In this document: piece after piece, positions 49,206-62,530 of the stretch
How the letters are laid out: each line of letters begins with the position of its first letter
How positions within the stretch are numbered: position 1 is the first letter of the stretch
Source of the DNA: Antedon mediterranea
Taxonomy: Eukaryota; Animalia; Echinodermata
Length of the DNA stretch: 64,000 nt
Reading direction: 5' to 3'
NCBI RefSeq assembly: GCF_964355755.1
Contig: NC_092675.1
Coordinates: forward strand, 14,604,912 to 14,668,911
Made by a program: the position numbers and the translations under genes
The notes under the pieces: model-generated
The model's input: only the letters and a program-made list of their open reading frames with translations
Told to the model about the DNA's origin: nothing
Databases searched by the model: none

Positions 49206-52200
49206 TTAAAGTCCTTGAATCGAGCCGACATAGTTATATTTCTTTTGGGCCGGGCTGGTGTGTTTGGTATTGTAACCTTGTCTTGTGTTCCAGTAGATGG
49301 TTGTTTGTTGTCTGTGGCCTTGTCTGTCCTGTCTGATTCTGTTCATGGTCGTTGTACTGTTTGGTTTCTCTGGTTGAACTGTTGGCGTTGTCTCCATAAC
49401 GTTTCTCTCCGACGGTATAGTTTTCCGTCTGTGGTGTCCACCAGGTAAGTTAAGAACGAGGTCCTACTTTTTTCTTGCATGTCGCGGTTCTCCACTCTAG
49501 GTTGTTGTTTTCTGGTCGGAGTCTAGCTGTCACCCGAATGAAAAGTTCTGGAAGTTCTGTAGCACTTTTGTCGTACTGCAGATTAGATTTTTGTTTTCTT
49601 CTCTTAATGTGTTCTGTAACTCCAGTAACTACCTGTGGTTGAAGAAGAATAAATGTTACTGGCAAGAGAGTGTTTGTTCTTCTAGACAAGAGTCGTTGGA
49701 CAGGGATGTGTCCGGCCTCATTTGTGTTTCTCCAGTCCAGAATAGCAATCTGTAAATCTGCTCCTTCTTTTGATGTTTTCTTCAGTATTTTCTTTGCAAT
49801 TTTCACTGCTGCCTCGGCTTTCCCATTTGCTTGGCTGTGGTAAGATGAACTGGTTACATGGTCGAATTCCCATTTCTTAGTGAATTCTTTAAAATCTCTG
49901 CTCACCCACTGCCTTCCATTGTCCGCGATCAGTTTCGATGGAATTCCTTGTAGGGCAAAATGTGTCTTTGTGCATTCTATGATGAGTTTAGATGTTAGAT
50001 CTTTTAATTCATCCAGGAACCACACGTCACTGTAGTGATCTACTGTTACAAGGTAATCTTTACTCATATACGTAAGTATGTCTTGAGAAATAATCTCCCA
50101 TGGTCTGGTTGGTATCGGGTATGACATCATTGGCTCTTTTTTCTGTTTGTCCTGGTATGTTTGACATATCTGACATTTGTCAACTACCTCTCTTATGTCT
50201 GCTGCCATCCCTGGCCAGAACAAGCTGTATTTAGCTCTACGGATCGATGCTTCTACACCTAGATGGCTTGAGTGAGTCTTTTGCAATAGGCTTTTCCTCA
50301 TATCGGTAGGTACCATGATTTTCTGTCCTTTAAATAGGACGCCATCTTGTGCTGTTATTTCTTCTCGATAATTGAAGTGTTCTCTGATGCTGATTGTTAC
50401 ATCTGCCCTTGTGTCTAGCCAGCCTTGCTTGACCATCTCCATTAGCATTTGGCTTTGGCTGTCCCTCGCTGTTGCTTGCTTAAGCAGGTACTGGGTTGGC
50501 CTACTAACGTTTATGTAATCAGCTGCATTGATCTGTTCTATTTCTTTGAATATGTTGTCTTCCTTTTCTTGTCCTGGTAAGAATGCTCTGCTTAACCAGT
50601 CTGCTATGTACATCTTACTGCCCTGTAAATACTGGTTGTCTAATTTGTATTTCTGCATCCGTTGTAATCTCTTCGATGCCTTAGATATAGGCTTCTTATG
50701 TATGGCTACCAAAGGTTTATGATCTGTATGTACAGTCACCAGTTCCCTGGCATAGATGTACTCGTCAAATCGTTCACATGCGAACAGGATACTCAGCAGT
50801 TCCTTTTCTACTTGAGCATAGTTCCTTTCTGCTCCAGTTAAGGCTCTGGATGCGAATGTGACCGGATGTCCGTTTTGTAGAAGTTTTGCTCCTAACCCAG
50901 ATTCTGAGGCATCAGACTGTATAGTTACTTAGTCTTCTTTGATGTTGTAGTATTTCAGGACTGGTGCTGTAGTCAACATCTGCTTTATCTTGTTGAATGC
51001 CTCTGTGTGGTGTTCCATCCAGTCAAAATGTGTATCCTTATCAGTAAGTCTCCGTAGTGGTTCTGCGACTTGTGATTCTTGGTAAGAATTTCGCAAGATG
51101 TGTTACACAGCCTATCAACCTCTGTACTACCTTCTTGTCCTCTGACACAGGTATTTCTTTGACTGCTTTGATTTTGAGTGGGTCTGCTTTTACTCCTTCT
51201 GAACTCAGTATGTGTCCGATGTATTTGACCTCTGTTTAGTTTCATTTTGTTCTTGTTTAGCTTCAGATTTGCTTCCTTTGCTCGTTCTAGAAAGATCGTC
51301 ATTTTGTTGTCATGGTCTATGAAAGCTTCGTCCATAGTTACTCCACAACCGTATATCAGAAAATCATCTGCCTCTACTTGCACTCCTTCTAATCATTCGA
51401 TTTGTTCATGCTGTCTTCTTTGACATTCTTCTGGAGCTGTATTGATATTAAATGAAAGTCTTAACCATTTGTACCGTCCAAATGGAGTAGCAAATGTTGT
51501 TAGGTCACTGCTTTCTCCATCTAGTTTCACCTGCCAGAACCCATCCTTGGCATCTAAAACAGAGAAGATCTTAGCATTCGTTAATTCCGGCAAGATCCCT
51601 TCCACTGTGGGAATAGGGTATTGTGGTCGTTTTAAAGCTATGTTCAAATCACGTGGTTCTAAGCAAATTCTCAGTTTGCCAGGTTTTCTAACAATCACCA
51701 TATTGCTTATCCATTTTGTAGGTTTGGTGAGTCTCTCGATCACTTTCTTCGCCTCTAATTCTTGAAGTTTCGTTTTTACTTTATCTTTTATTGTTACTTC
51801 AATTTTCCTGGCGGGATGCTTGGTTGTTGTGACATCTTTGTCGGTTTCGATGTGATAGTCTCCAGATAGCTTTCCAAGCCTCCAAATACCTCTTGGTATT
51901 TAGTTATTATTTTCTTTTCTAGCTCTTGGCTGTAATCTTTCTTCTGAACTTGATTGATGTGTTTTGCCACTTGTGTTAGCCCCATTTCTATTGATGTACA
52001 GCTAGACAGCAATGGTGCTTGTGTCGTGTTAAATATATACAGGTATTTCTGAATTCTGTTGACTGTGTCTGCAATTTATGGTACTTTCACCTTTTTACTG
52101 TGATCACTTCATCATTGTAAATTTTCAGTGATGTTGATGAATATCTCATATTAGGTGTATCTGTGCACTCCAGTGTCTGCAAATCTCGATATGACATCAC

Positions 52201-53112
52201 ATTGCATGATGCTCCTGTGTCTACCTGACATTTCACCTCTTTGACCTCTCCACTGGTGTTTTTCATACATCTGCAGGGATACCATTAATTTTCCTTTCCC
52301 ATCATTTATGGCTCCAACTGTTATAACATTGAAAGCTAAGTTATCTTCTACTCTGTTGACATTTGTTCTTGTTTGTTTTGTTTGGCACATCTCTTTGAAA
52401 TGATTCTGCAATCCGCATTTTCCACTCTTCTTCCCATATGCCGGGCATTTCTCCTTGAATTCATGTTGTTTACCACAGTATCGGCAAGTACCCGACTTTC
52501 AGCTGTGACTGCTAGTCTTTGTGGTGGTGTTCTTGTATTGTTTCTTGTTTGTTTGGCCGCTTTCTTTGTACTCTTTTGTCTTTGAGAAATTCACTTCTTT
52601 TGTTTCGGTCCAAGCTACATCAGTTAGCTGTTGTGTCGTCGTTTCCCTGACTTTAAGCAATTCTGTTGCCCTTTCTAGGTTGCATTCTTTTTTGCGTAAT
52701 AACATTGCTCTAACATTTTTGTCCCAAGCACCTAAAACTAGCCGATCTCTAATCATTTCATCATTAAGAGCTCCAAATTTGCATGGTTCTGCCAACTGTT
52801 TCAATCTATGTACATATTGACTGATGTCTTCTTTTGGTTGTTGTTCAATGCCATGAAAAATAAACCTGTCTATAATACATTTCGAGTCGTTGTGAAGTGT
52901 GCTTTCAACTTGTTGATAAATTTAGCTTTGTCAAACGTTCTTTACATTCAGTACCCATGATGGATTTTAGTGTAGAAGCTTGAACAGTCTTATCTTTCTT
53001 ATCTAGGCCCGTTGCTATGAAATGGTCGTCCCAGTTCTGCTGGAATGTTTTCCACTGTTTCTCACTGTCACTTGCCTCCTTGACACTCGTTGGCGGTGGT
53101 GGAGGTATTTGG
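49206..53112 (-). pseudogene. Gypsy gag-pol fragments
   Basis: MIRDRLVLG (gag), VLDAKDGFWQ and EADD (RT), HTDHKPL, ADNGRQW..ANGKAE (integrase); many stops and frameshifts. Confidence 0.88.
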
Positions 53113-53114
53113 TA

Positions 53115-53505
53115 TTTTATTTATTTTATTTTATTCAATTTTCAGGCACAAAAATACATGACAACAAGACAGCGGTGCAGCACCCTGAGGATTGCCATGA
53201 GTGCAAAGCACTATCGAGATGGCTCTCCAATACTGCACTTGAACATATTATAAGTAAACAATAAAAATACAAAGATATAAACATTTAAAAATTGCGAGGC
53301 ATCAAATTGAACAATCATTAAAATTGAATCTAAAAATATATATATATAAATTATTATGTATAGATAAAAATGATTGTTTAAAGATAAAAAAATAAAAAGT
53401 TTAAAGTTGCCTGACATAAGACCGGAGAGCTGTCACAAATGTGTTAAAACTAAATAAAGAATGTTCTCTAATATAATTAGGAATCTCTTGCCATACACGG
53501 GGAAA
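53115..53505 (-). mobile_element. 5'-truncated LINE 3' end inserted near the Gypsy gag start
   Basis: ORF end PRVWQEIPNYIR..SF..F...LRSY*; 3' UTR; (AATAA)n tail. Confidence 0.6.
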
Positions 53506-54291
53506 ATCAGTATGTTACCTTGACTAGTCTATACTGTGTATGTAACTAGCTAATTTACCGTACACTCTACCGACCATCAGCTAGTCTTTAGAACGCTAGG
53601 CCTAGCTGGAAAACCCTTTTTTCGTCAACGGTGTTGATCTGTGATCTTCTACGTCGTCGTAGATTGTTCTCTGTAATTTGATCAAAATGTCCACCTTCTG
53701 ACACCATGTTGTTACTTATTCAACAATAATAGACTCGGAGACAATCTAACTTTTAACTCAACGGCGGTCTGCATCGCAACCTGTTTATTTTCTAAACGCA
53801 ATAGCGCCCCTGGCGACGGGATCTCATCAGATATATACTACATCGTATAACAGTACGCACCAATCGTCATGCAGTACACACCAAACATCATGCAGTACAC
53901 ACCAATCGTCATGCAGATTCCAAGATTTCTTTAATCAAATAGTTTTGCCAGCCATTTTAGTCATAAAGCACGTGTGGTGTAGTAGTAGACAGCGTGATTT
54001 GCTGTAGTACAAAGTTTGAATAGCCTAGTTTTACAGCCGTCTCATAAACGTCACGTGATATTCGATTTTGTCGATAGGTGGCGGTATAAATTACGCAATA
54101 TTTGACTGCATGACGATTGCTGTGTACTGAATGACGATTGGTGTGTACTGCATGACCATTGGTGTGCACTGCATGACCATTGGTGGTGTGTACTGCATGA
54201 TGATTGGCGTGTACTGCATGATAAATGTGAACTGAAGGCAGAGGAGGCGTTCCATACTTTGATAACACCAACTTAACCTGCCACCAAAGAT

Positions 54292-54592
54292 AGCCGAAGG
54301 CTAGATCGCAAAGAATAGTGTTATCGCAGTTCAAAAAGTGATTCTCCATGGAGAGGGAAACAACAAGATGGCGGCTGCAATCGACCAATCAGATATGCCC
54401 TACGCAGTACGCACTGATAGACGCCTGTGTTGAGCCCAAAGATTTTATATAACCGAAGTCTAGATCGCAAAGTATATATGTTATAGCAGTTCAAAAGTGA
54501 TTCTCCATGGAGAGGGAACCAACAAGATGGCGGCTGCAATCGACCAATCAGATATGCCCTACGCAGTACGCACTACTACGTCTGTGTTGAGC
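54292..54592. repeat. ~170-bp tandem duplication
   Basis: ctagatcgcaaag..gcagttcaaaaagtgattctccatggagagggaa..caagatggcggctgcaatcgacc occurs twice. Confidence 0.85.
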
Positions 54593-57500
54593 CTATCTGC
54601 GTAAGAACGATAGGCAACCCAGCGCGTTAAGCGTATAAACGCGAACGCATTCTATATGATCCTCGTATACAAAAAATGCTAGATTACCAAGAAATTATTC
54701 ATTCCATTGCGATTAACCATATTTTTATAAAAACTTCACTGAGTTTTGACAAGAATATATGTGTTGTAATTTATGTGGTCCTAATGTATTAGGTTATTAT
54801 TTTTTATATTAAATAATGTTTTTGAACACATTTACGTCCGCCATCTTTTTGGTTCCCCCGCCTGCGATTTTTTTTTCCCGTACGAGAGTTCTTCCATCGG
54901 TTCGTTTCGGACTCACTCGACTCTTCGGTAAGCATTCGATGCTCACTGATGCGTGACAACAACCACAAGACAAAACGTGAGCAGCTTTTTTGCACGAGTG
55001 ACAGATTTATACATACTATACTACAGTATATACTCACTGTGTAAATATAATAATAAATATTAATAGTAGTACTGAACCTCATAGTTGTAATAATAGGCCT
55101 AGAATTGTAATAATATAATACTGTATAGGCAGCCACAAACCAATGTACCATCAGATTCACAAACAGTAAACACACACACACAGCAGCAGCATTTATTTTG
55201 TTAGTCGTTAGCAAGGCACCATAGCCCTTCGTGACGTGTTCGTGTACTTCAAAATTTAGTACATTTCCATCTACAGTACTACTTTTTTTTTTAATAATAG
55301 GTTAGAAATTATATGTAAACAATTGAAAAAAAATGTATACATTACATAGGCCTAGTAACATGTATTCTTGTAAGTTGTAATGTATAAAAACACATGCTTG
55401 CTTATAAAGCGTTTAATATTTTGTTAATCTAATAATTATTGATATCTTGGCTGGTGGAAATTTTGAATTAAAATGAACAAATTTTGTTTAAAATAATTGC
55501 AGAAACCATTGGTATTGTTGACATTTTGTAAAATCAATTAAATCAAGAATATGTAATGCAGAAAACCGATCTTCATGATAAGATGATAGTATTACATAAG
55601 CTTCCTGGAAAATGTGTTATTATTAAATGTATTTGTAGTCGTGTCAGTACCGCAATTGAAGTTTTTACTTTGCATGTATTTTTTATGATTTTCCAAATTA
55701 CATATATACACATAATAAACAATAATATTAGTTGTAGGCCTATAATTGATTTAAAATACTGCATTGTTAATACATAGATAACTAGAAAGACACTCCGAGA
55801 GTGCATACCTCCGCCTACTGTAAAATTCTCCTACATAATATTTCTCCGGTAAAAAAGAAATATACATATATATATATATGTGTATGTCTTAATGCTGTTT
55901 GTGATTTAGACTAATTTTACTACAAGCATGTGTATGCGAGTTTGTGTAATGGTTATGTAACAAGCCTTTCAATTAAAAATAGCTTCAGTTGACTAACAAT
56001 AGAACAGCAACGCGAAAATCAAACAAGTGAATTTGAAAAGAAATAGGTTTTTTAAACTACTCGCATCAAAAAACGTGCACATTAAATCAAACTATGGTTT
56101 AAAAATTACAAATCACAACTTTTATCTCTTGCCTCTTGTCCAAAAATGAGGTTTTTAGACAAGTAGTTCTCGAGAAAATGCAATTTCAGTACATGTGTTA
56201 CTTTAAGACTGCTCGCCGGCTTTTAAAAATTGTCTCCTATCTTTTAACACTAGCCGGTCTGAAAATAATATCATTTTTTTTATTTGTGAAGTTATTAATA
56301 CACCAATTTTGTTGATTTTCAATAGGCATGGTCTGAAAGTATATACCTATCTACACCCAAAAATTCACTGTAGGCGCTATCGTGCTAACAAACAAACAAA
56401 CAAATGAAAGCACTCAAAAACTGAGTGAAGTACTTGGCAAAATATATCCACTGATTGGGAGCATGTTGAAAGATACATTATTTTGCTTTATGTATTAGCT
56501 TTACATGTTAAAATCCTGCTGGGGTTAATAATTTTGTTTAAATAATTTTTTAATACAAACAATCCCGGAACTGCAAAAAAATGACCTTTCTAAAATCAAG
56601 ATTGATCAGAATAATGGTCGAGGAGTGTCTTGAAGCTGTGCCGATTTGCGGCGCCCCTGCTAGTCGACTAATATGTTGATCCATGTCAAAGAATATGTTC
56701 ATGTTAAAAGAATACAGAGTGTGCTATTTAATATATCGATGGAAGATAAGCTTTTGTGACATGACCAATATATCAATTTTCCTTAAAATCAATAGGCATG
56801 TTCTGACAGTATGCACAGAATGAAATAATAAAATGACTAAAAAACTAACTAGAAAGCCACTCCGAGAGGGCATACCTCCGCCTACTGTAAAATTCTCCTA
56901 CATAAGATTTCTCCGGTAAAAATATATATATATATAAATTTGTGTGTGTCTTAATGCTGTTTGTGATTTAGGCTAATTTCATTACAAGCATGTGTATGCG
57001 AGTTTGGCGTAATGGTTATGTAACAAGCCTTTCAATTAAAAATAGCTTCAGTTGACTAACAATAGAACAGAAACGCAAAAATCAAACGAGTGAATTTGAA
57101 AAGCAATAGGTTTTTTAAACTACTCGCATCAAAAAACGTGCAAATTAAATCAAATTATGTTTTAAAATTACAAATCACAAATTATAACTCTTGCCTCTTG
57201 TTAAAAAATGAAGTTTTTTGGACAAGTAGTTCTTGAGAAAATGCAATTTCAGTTTACTTGTTACTTTAATACTGCTCGCCGGCTTTTGAAAAATTCTGTC
57301 CTATCTTTTAACACTAGCATGTCTAAAAAAGTATACTAAAAAGTGGTCCAGAATTGGGACCGTGGTCCCAAATGGTCCCAAAATTTAATGGAATGGTCCT
57401 TGACCACATATCTATCTGTCTATTCATTTTGGTAAAGATCTTGTAATTACTTTTTGAGTAATCCTGCTAACAAACAAATGAAAGCACTCAGAAACTGAGT

Positions 57501-58281
57501 GAAATACTTGGCAAAATATATCCACTGACTCGGAGCATGTTGAAAGATACATTTTTTTTGCTTTAGGTATTAGCTTTACATTGTTGAAATCCTGCTGGGG
57601 TTAATAATTTGTTTAAATAAGTTTTTGATACAAACAACTCCAGCATTGCAACAATGACCTTTCTAAAATCAAGATTGACCAGAATAATGATCGAGGAGTG
57701 TCTTGAAGCTGTACCGATTTGCCGCGCCTCTGCCTTAACCCATGTAGTAATATATCAATTTACCTGAAAATCAATAGGCATGTTCTGTAAGTATATACCT
57801 GATGAAATAAGGAAGAACACACGCTGGTGCTAACAAAACTACTTATCAACTTACAATAGTTTAATTTGAATAACAATAGAACAGCAACGCCAAAAACAAA
57901 CGGGTGAATTTGAAAAGAAATAGGTTTTTTTAAACTACTCGTATAAAAAAGCTGGTACACTGAATCAACTTTTGTTTTAAAATTAAAAAGCACAATTTAT
58001 AACTCTTGCCTCTTGTACAAAAATGATGTTTTTTGGACAAGTAGTTCTCGAGAAAATGCAATTTCAGTACACTTGTTACTTTAAGACTGCTCGCCGGCTT
58101 TTGAAAATTGTCTCCTATCTTTTAACACTAGCCGGTCTGAAAATAATATCATTTTTGTTATTTGTGAAGTTATTAATAAACCAATTTTGTTGATGTTCAA
58201 TAGGCATGGTCTGACAATATATACCTATCTACACCCAAAAATTCAGAACGATAACTTGAAAACTGTAGGCGCTATCGTGCT

Positions 58282-61200
58282 CAGTTCAGTTCAGTTCAGT
58301 TTTATTCGGTTCACTCAAAAATACAAAGACAAACATAACAGAAAAAAAAAGCACAAGATAACAATATTAAAAGAATGAACCGAGGAATAACCCAAGAAAG
58401 TTTAAATGAAAACTTATTTCCATTGGGGTCCTCAGACATAAAAATAACACTGATAATTGCACTTAAAGCGCCCTATGACTACTAAAAGGTAAACAAATTG
58501 TACAGTAAACATGATAAGGATTACACAGTATTTTGATAAAATGTGATTTTACATATTTAAAATTTAAAATGTAGTTAAAATATTGCAATGTTTAAACGTT
58601 TAATTGCTTCTAATACAATTGCCTAAAGTTAAAAATATATAAAACACTGTACAAAAATGTTACACAGGTATTCTTTCAGATAAAAGTGATTTTACATTAT
58701 ATTTAAAACTATTTAAAGTATTGCAATTTTTAATATTAATAGGAAGTGCATTCCAATATTTTATACTATTGTAATAAATTGTATTATGTACATTACCATG
58801 TGGAACTCTAAAATTTGTGTTACTGTGCCTTGTATTGTATCCATGCGTATCACTAATACGTGTGAAGTGTGAGCTTAAATAATCCGGACACGTTTTATTA
58901 AAGATATTGAAAACATGCCTAAGACACAGATATTTTACACGATTTTCTATATTAAGCATACCAAGTGTAGTGAGTTCAGAGTAGCCAACATGGGCTCTGG
59001 GTTCCGACTTTGCAATAAATCTTACTAGTTTATTTTGGGTGGTTTGTAATTTGTGTTTAACATGTTTGTTAACTCCATGAAACCAAGCTGGTGAGGCATA
59101 ATCTAGTAAAGGCTGTACCAGCGCCATACCTAACAGTTTTCGTGACTGTTTGTTGATAAAAGGGGATTGACGCCAAAGATATTTTATACGGGAATTAGCC
59201 TTTTTATAGACTGATTGAGCAAAGTTGTTCCCAGTGACATTATGATCAATTACAATTCCTAAATAGTTTACACTTGTTTTACGTTCAATCACTTGACCTT
59301 TACAAATTATCTTAAATGATTCAACATGTTTAACTTTTCTTTTTGATCCAAATATTATTGCTTCTGTCTTTCCAACATGCAAGGATAACCTATTATCTGC
59401 CAGCCATTCGTAACATGACGATATGTTTTTACTTAGAACCTCTTCGATTACCTTTGGATCAGAGTGAGAAAATGTAATGGCACTATCATCAGCATATTGG
59501 CGTAAAGTACACAGTGAATTAATACTAATTGCCATATCATTAATATATACCAAAAAAAGCAGTGGCCCCAAAATACTTCCTTGTGGGACACCACGCGTAA
59601 TGTCTTCAATAGAAGATTTTTCGCGGTTGATTTCAACATACTGTTTCCTTCCGGAAAGGTATGAGGAAAACCAGTCTGTTTTGTCGACACCTATTGCAGA
59701 TAACTTTCCATTAAGTATAGCGTGGTCAACCGAATCAAACGCCTTGCGTATATCTAACAACACCATACCAGTGTAAAGACCTCTAGATGTGTTCTCTTCT
59801 ATACAATCAATAAGGTCAATTAAACAAGTGTCGGTAGAATGACCAGCGCGAAATCCAGATTGATTAACGTTGAGAAGGTTGTTGTCGTTCAAGTATCTTT
59901 TAAATTGAACATAAATAGAATGTTCTAGAACTTTTGAAACAATATTTAAAACGCTGACAGGCCGGTAATTATTCACATCAAGACGGTTCCCTTTCTTATA
60001 AAGGGGCTTTACCCTGGCAATTTTGAATTCTTCTGGATAAATGTTAGAAGTAATTAAAAGGTTAATGATGTGTTTGATTGGCCCAGTTATTTGAGTAACG
60101 GCGTCTTTTAAAAATCGTGCTGATATACCGTCAAAACCTATTCCTTTGTTAGGATTAAGACTTTGCAGTTCCTTCTCAACGAATTCATCATCAACCATGG
60201 CAAGAACAAATTTAGAGGGGGCTGTCTTATAAAACTTATGTTGAAAGTCTTGACATTTTTCGGAAGCAATTGAATAATTGCCAAATATTGGGAGTTGGGA
60301 TGCTAAAGAAGAAGCCACGGAAGTAAAGAAATTGTTGAACTTGGAAGCAACAGTCTTAGAATCATGACATACATTTCCGTTTATCTCCAGTACAGTAATT
60401 CCATTAGTAGTTTTCTTAGAACTATATCCAAGTTTCTCCAATGTATTCCAGAGGCATTTGGAGTTGTTTTTATTAATGTTTTCTTCAATCTGGGTGTTAA
60501 AATAATCCGCTTTGGCATTCTTTATGTCCCTCTGAACACTATTTCTGAGGCTCTTATATTCATCATAGTAATCCGTTCTCTGCTTATGTTTCCTAAAGAG
60601 CCCAAGAAACTTATCTCTAAGGTGGATCTTCTCCAAAATATCAACATTCATCCAAGGTTGAGTCCGTTGTTTAATACGTACTTTCCTGGCGGGTGCGATT
60701 TTATCAATAGCACTTATAAATAGATTCTTAAAATATGACCAGGCAATATTTACATCGGTACTTGTATGCACTGGTGTCCAATCGACATTAGATAGTATAT
60801 CATTAAAAGAATCTTTACTGTATGACTTTAATGATCTTAAAACTACTGTATTATGACTATCATATGTATTTCGTACAATCTTTCTAATACAGTATGTTAG
60901 AGAATGATCGCTCAGACCTATAGGAACAATTCCAGATTCAATTATGTTAGTAGGTTTGTTGGTAAGTACATGGTCAATTAGAGTAGAGCTGCGTTCAGTA
61001 ATACGAGTTGGTTCATTTATCAATTGTTCAAAACTGTGAAGATCAAGACATTCGCAAAACTTTTTTACCGGATAAGATGACTTGTCCTGCAAGTTTATAT
61101 TAAAGTCACCGAGTATTATAACTTCTCTCTGATGATCTATCTTACTGACGGTAATGTCAAATTGATGTATAAAATCAATATTGTTATATTTTGGAGGACG

Positions 61201-62530
61201 GTACACACAACCAAGAACAATTGATTTTGATTTAGGCTGAAATATTTCTATCCATGCAGCTTCAAGTTCATCACAGTTCAGTTGATACAATTCCTTGAAG
61301 GCGAGATCACTTTTAATGTAGATGCAAACACCACCAAATGTGTTTTCTCTTCTGTCTCTGCGTATTATGGAGTAGTTGTTGATGCTGATTTCTCTGTCAG
61401 TGACTGAGTTGTTGAGCCACGATTCTGTAACGCAGAAAACTGATGGGTTGCATTTTTTGACGAGTTCACGAATTTCCGAAAGTTTGGGGATAAGAGATCT
61501 GACATTCAGGTGTAGGCATTTCAGACCCTTTCGTTCCAAACTTTTAAAATCGATTCCATTTTCAGTATCGTCGAAGTTTTTAACATTTTCATCCAATTTG
61601 AAACATTGGTCCGGTTTATTTAATTCAAAAACGTCAAATCCTGGTAATTTTGCAAACAGGCATTTGGAACATGTCCAATATTTGAAATTATTTTGTAACC
61701 TGCCTACCTTGTAGGTCTTCGGCGATATTTGTCCACATTTAATGTGGCAGGCCATCGTGCAATCATTGCATTGAACAGAACGGTGATTTTTGGCCACAGC
61801 TTTTTCACAAATGCTACAAGGATTTTTTACTGGCCCTGGATTTGTATGTATATCACCAGAGAGTAACAGCGTATTAAATGTGGCATCCGCGTTTTTGTAA
61901 TATGTACAAGGACAGCCAAACTTTCTCCTGATCCCTCTCGCCGAATAAGAAATGAATAATGACCTTTCTTGTAGATCTGGTAGTAGAGAATATCTACAGC
62001 GGGTAGCGTTAGTGATATAGCATATTATAGCATATTTGTCCGATGATGTATTTATATAGTTGTTGGAGTGTAGTATGAGTAGGCCTAGTATATATAGACA
62101 CACGCCTAGTAAGGTTGATTTGAACATTTCTGGCAACAAAATATTCGACACTGTCTTAATAATACGTTCAGCACACAATTTATTGCGATGGTATCCGGCG
62201 CCCCGTACTTTGAAAAGCGTAACCTAATACAGTAATACGGTTTCCTTATTTGGCCGTGTCCATGTTTGGACTGCGTAGCGAAAAGCCTGTGATCGTAGCT
62301 GCTATAGGCCTGGCCAAACTAAGCTACAAATTCGGGTTAAACTTGCGGGATCGCAAAAATACGAAGTGTTCTAGTGTACCTATGTTGACTAACAATCAGG
62401 ATATTTTATAAAGAATAATTGTATCCAACTGGAAATGCGTATTATTATTTAGGCCGATATTTAGTAATTCTTTCCGAGAATTTCAAATCTAACCACCACT
62501 CATTAGCGCCACAACAAGGTCATTTTTTTT
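58282..62530 (-). mobile_element. Full-length CR1-group (Crack/Daphne-like) LINE
   Basis: (ACTGA)n tail after aataaa; short TSD (t)gct; interrupts host gctatcgtgct|aacaaac. Confidence 0.9.
58660..62178 (-). CDS. LINE ORF, 1172 aa: hydrophobic leader, 2A-like motif, PHD finger, APE, RT
   Basis: LLLSGDIHTNPGP; CSIC..CNDC..H.KC..WTCSKC; NVRS/TESWL/YRPP/GDFN/SDH; GVPQGSILGP, YADD; no stops. Confidence 0.93.
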   Translation of the reverse strand: MCAERIIKTVSNILLPEMFKSTLLGVCLYILGLLILHSNNYINTSSDKYAIICYITNATRCRYSLLPDLQERSLFISYSARGIRRKFGCPCTYYKNADATFNTLLLSGDIHTNPGPVKNPCSICEKAVAKNHRSVQCNDCTMACHIKCGQISPKTYKVGRLQNNFKYWTCSKCLFAKLPGFDVFELNKPDQCFKLDENVKNFDDTENGIDFKSLERKGLKCLHLNVRSLIPKLSEIRELVKKCNPSVFCVTESWLNNSVTDREISINNYSIIRRDRRENTFGGVCIYIKSDLAFKELYQLNCDELEAAWIEIFQPKSKSIVLGCVYRPPKYNNIDFIHQFDITVSKIDHQREVIILGDFNINLQDKSSYPVKKFCECLDLHSFEQLINEPTRITERSSTLIDHVLTNKPTNIIESGIVPIGLSDHSLTYCIRKIVRNTYDSHNTVVLRSLKSYSKDSFNDILSNVDWTPVHTSTDVNIAWSYFKNLFISAIDKIAPARKVRIKQRTQPWMNVDILEKIHLRDKFLGLFRKHKQRTDYYDEYKSLRNSVQRDIKNAKADYFNTQIEENINKNNSKCLWNTLEKLGYSSKKTTNGITVLEINGNVCHDSKTVASKFNNFFTSVASSLASQLPIFGNYSIASEKCQDFQHKFYKTAPSKFVLAMVDDEFVEKELQSLNPNKGIGFDGISARFLKDAVTQITGPIKHIINLLITSNIYPEEFKIARVKPLYKKGNRLDVNNYRPVSVLNIVSKVLEHSIYVQFKRYLNDNNLLNVNQSGFRAGHSTDTCLIDLIDCIEENTSRGLYTGMVLLDIRKAFDSVDHAILNGKLSAIGVDKTDWFSSYLSGRKQYVEINREKSSIEDITRGVPQGSILGPLLFLVYINDMAISINSLCTLRQYADDSAITFSHSDPKVIEEVLSKNISSCYEWLADNRLSLHVGKTEAIIFGSKRKVKHVESFKIICKGQVIERKTSVNYLGIVIDHNVTGNNFAQSVYKKANSRIKYLWRQSPFINKQSRKLLGMALVQPLLDYASPAWFHGVNKHVKHKLQTTQNKLVRFIAKSEPRAHVGYSELTTLGMLNIENRVKYLCLRHVFNIFNKTCPDYLSSHFTRISDTHGYNTRHSNTNFRVPHGNVHNTIYYNSIKYWNALPINIKNCNTLNSFKYNVKSLLSERIPV

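Larger units (their letters stand above)
46031..53852 (-). mobile_element. Gypsy (Mag-like) LTR retrotransposon, degenerate
   Basis: ~146-bp LTRs at 53707-53852 and 46031-46184 with a few differences; PBS tggtgtcagaagg; PPT aaagggaga; TSD gtaca/gtacg. Confidence 0.92.
45990..54229. mobile_element. Small CAC..GTG MITE with inverted 21-bp repeats, split by a Gypsy
   Basis: TIR cacatttatcatgcagtacac; catgcagtacacaccaatcgt units at 45997-46030 and 53853-53915, inverted at 54105-54220. Confidence 0.75.

Noticed and set aside
53957-54388. His-rich ORF (HAVHTN repeats)
   Set aside because: It is a translation of the 21-bp MITE minisatellite.
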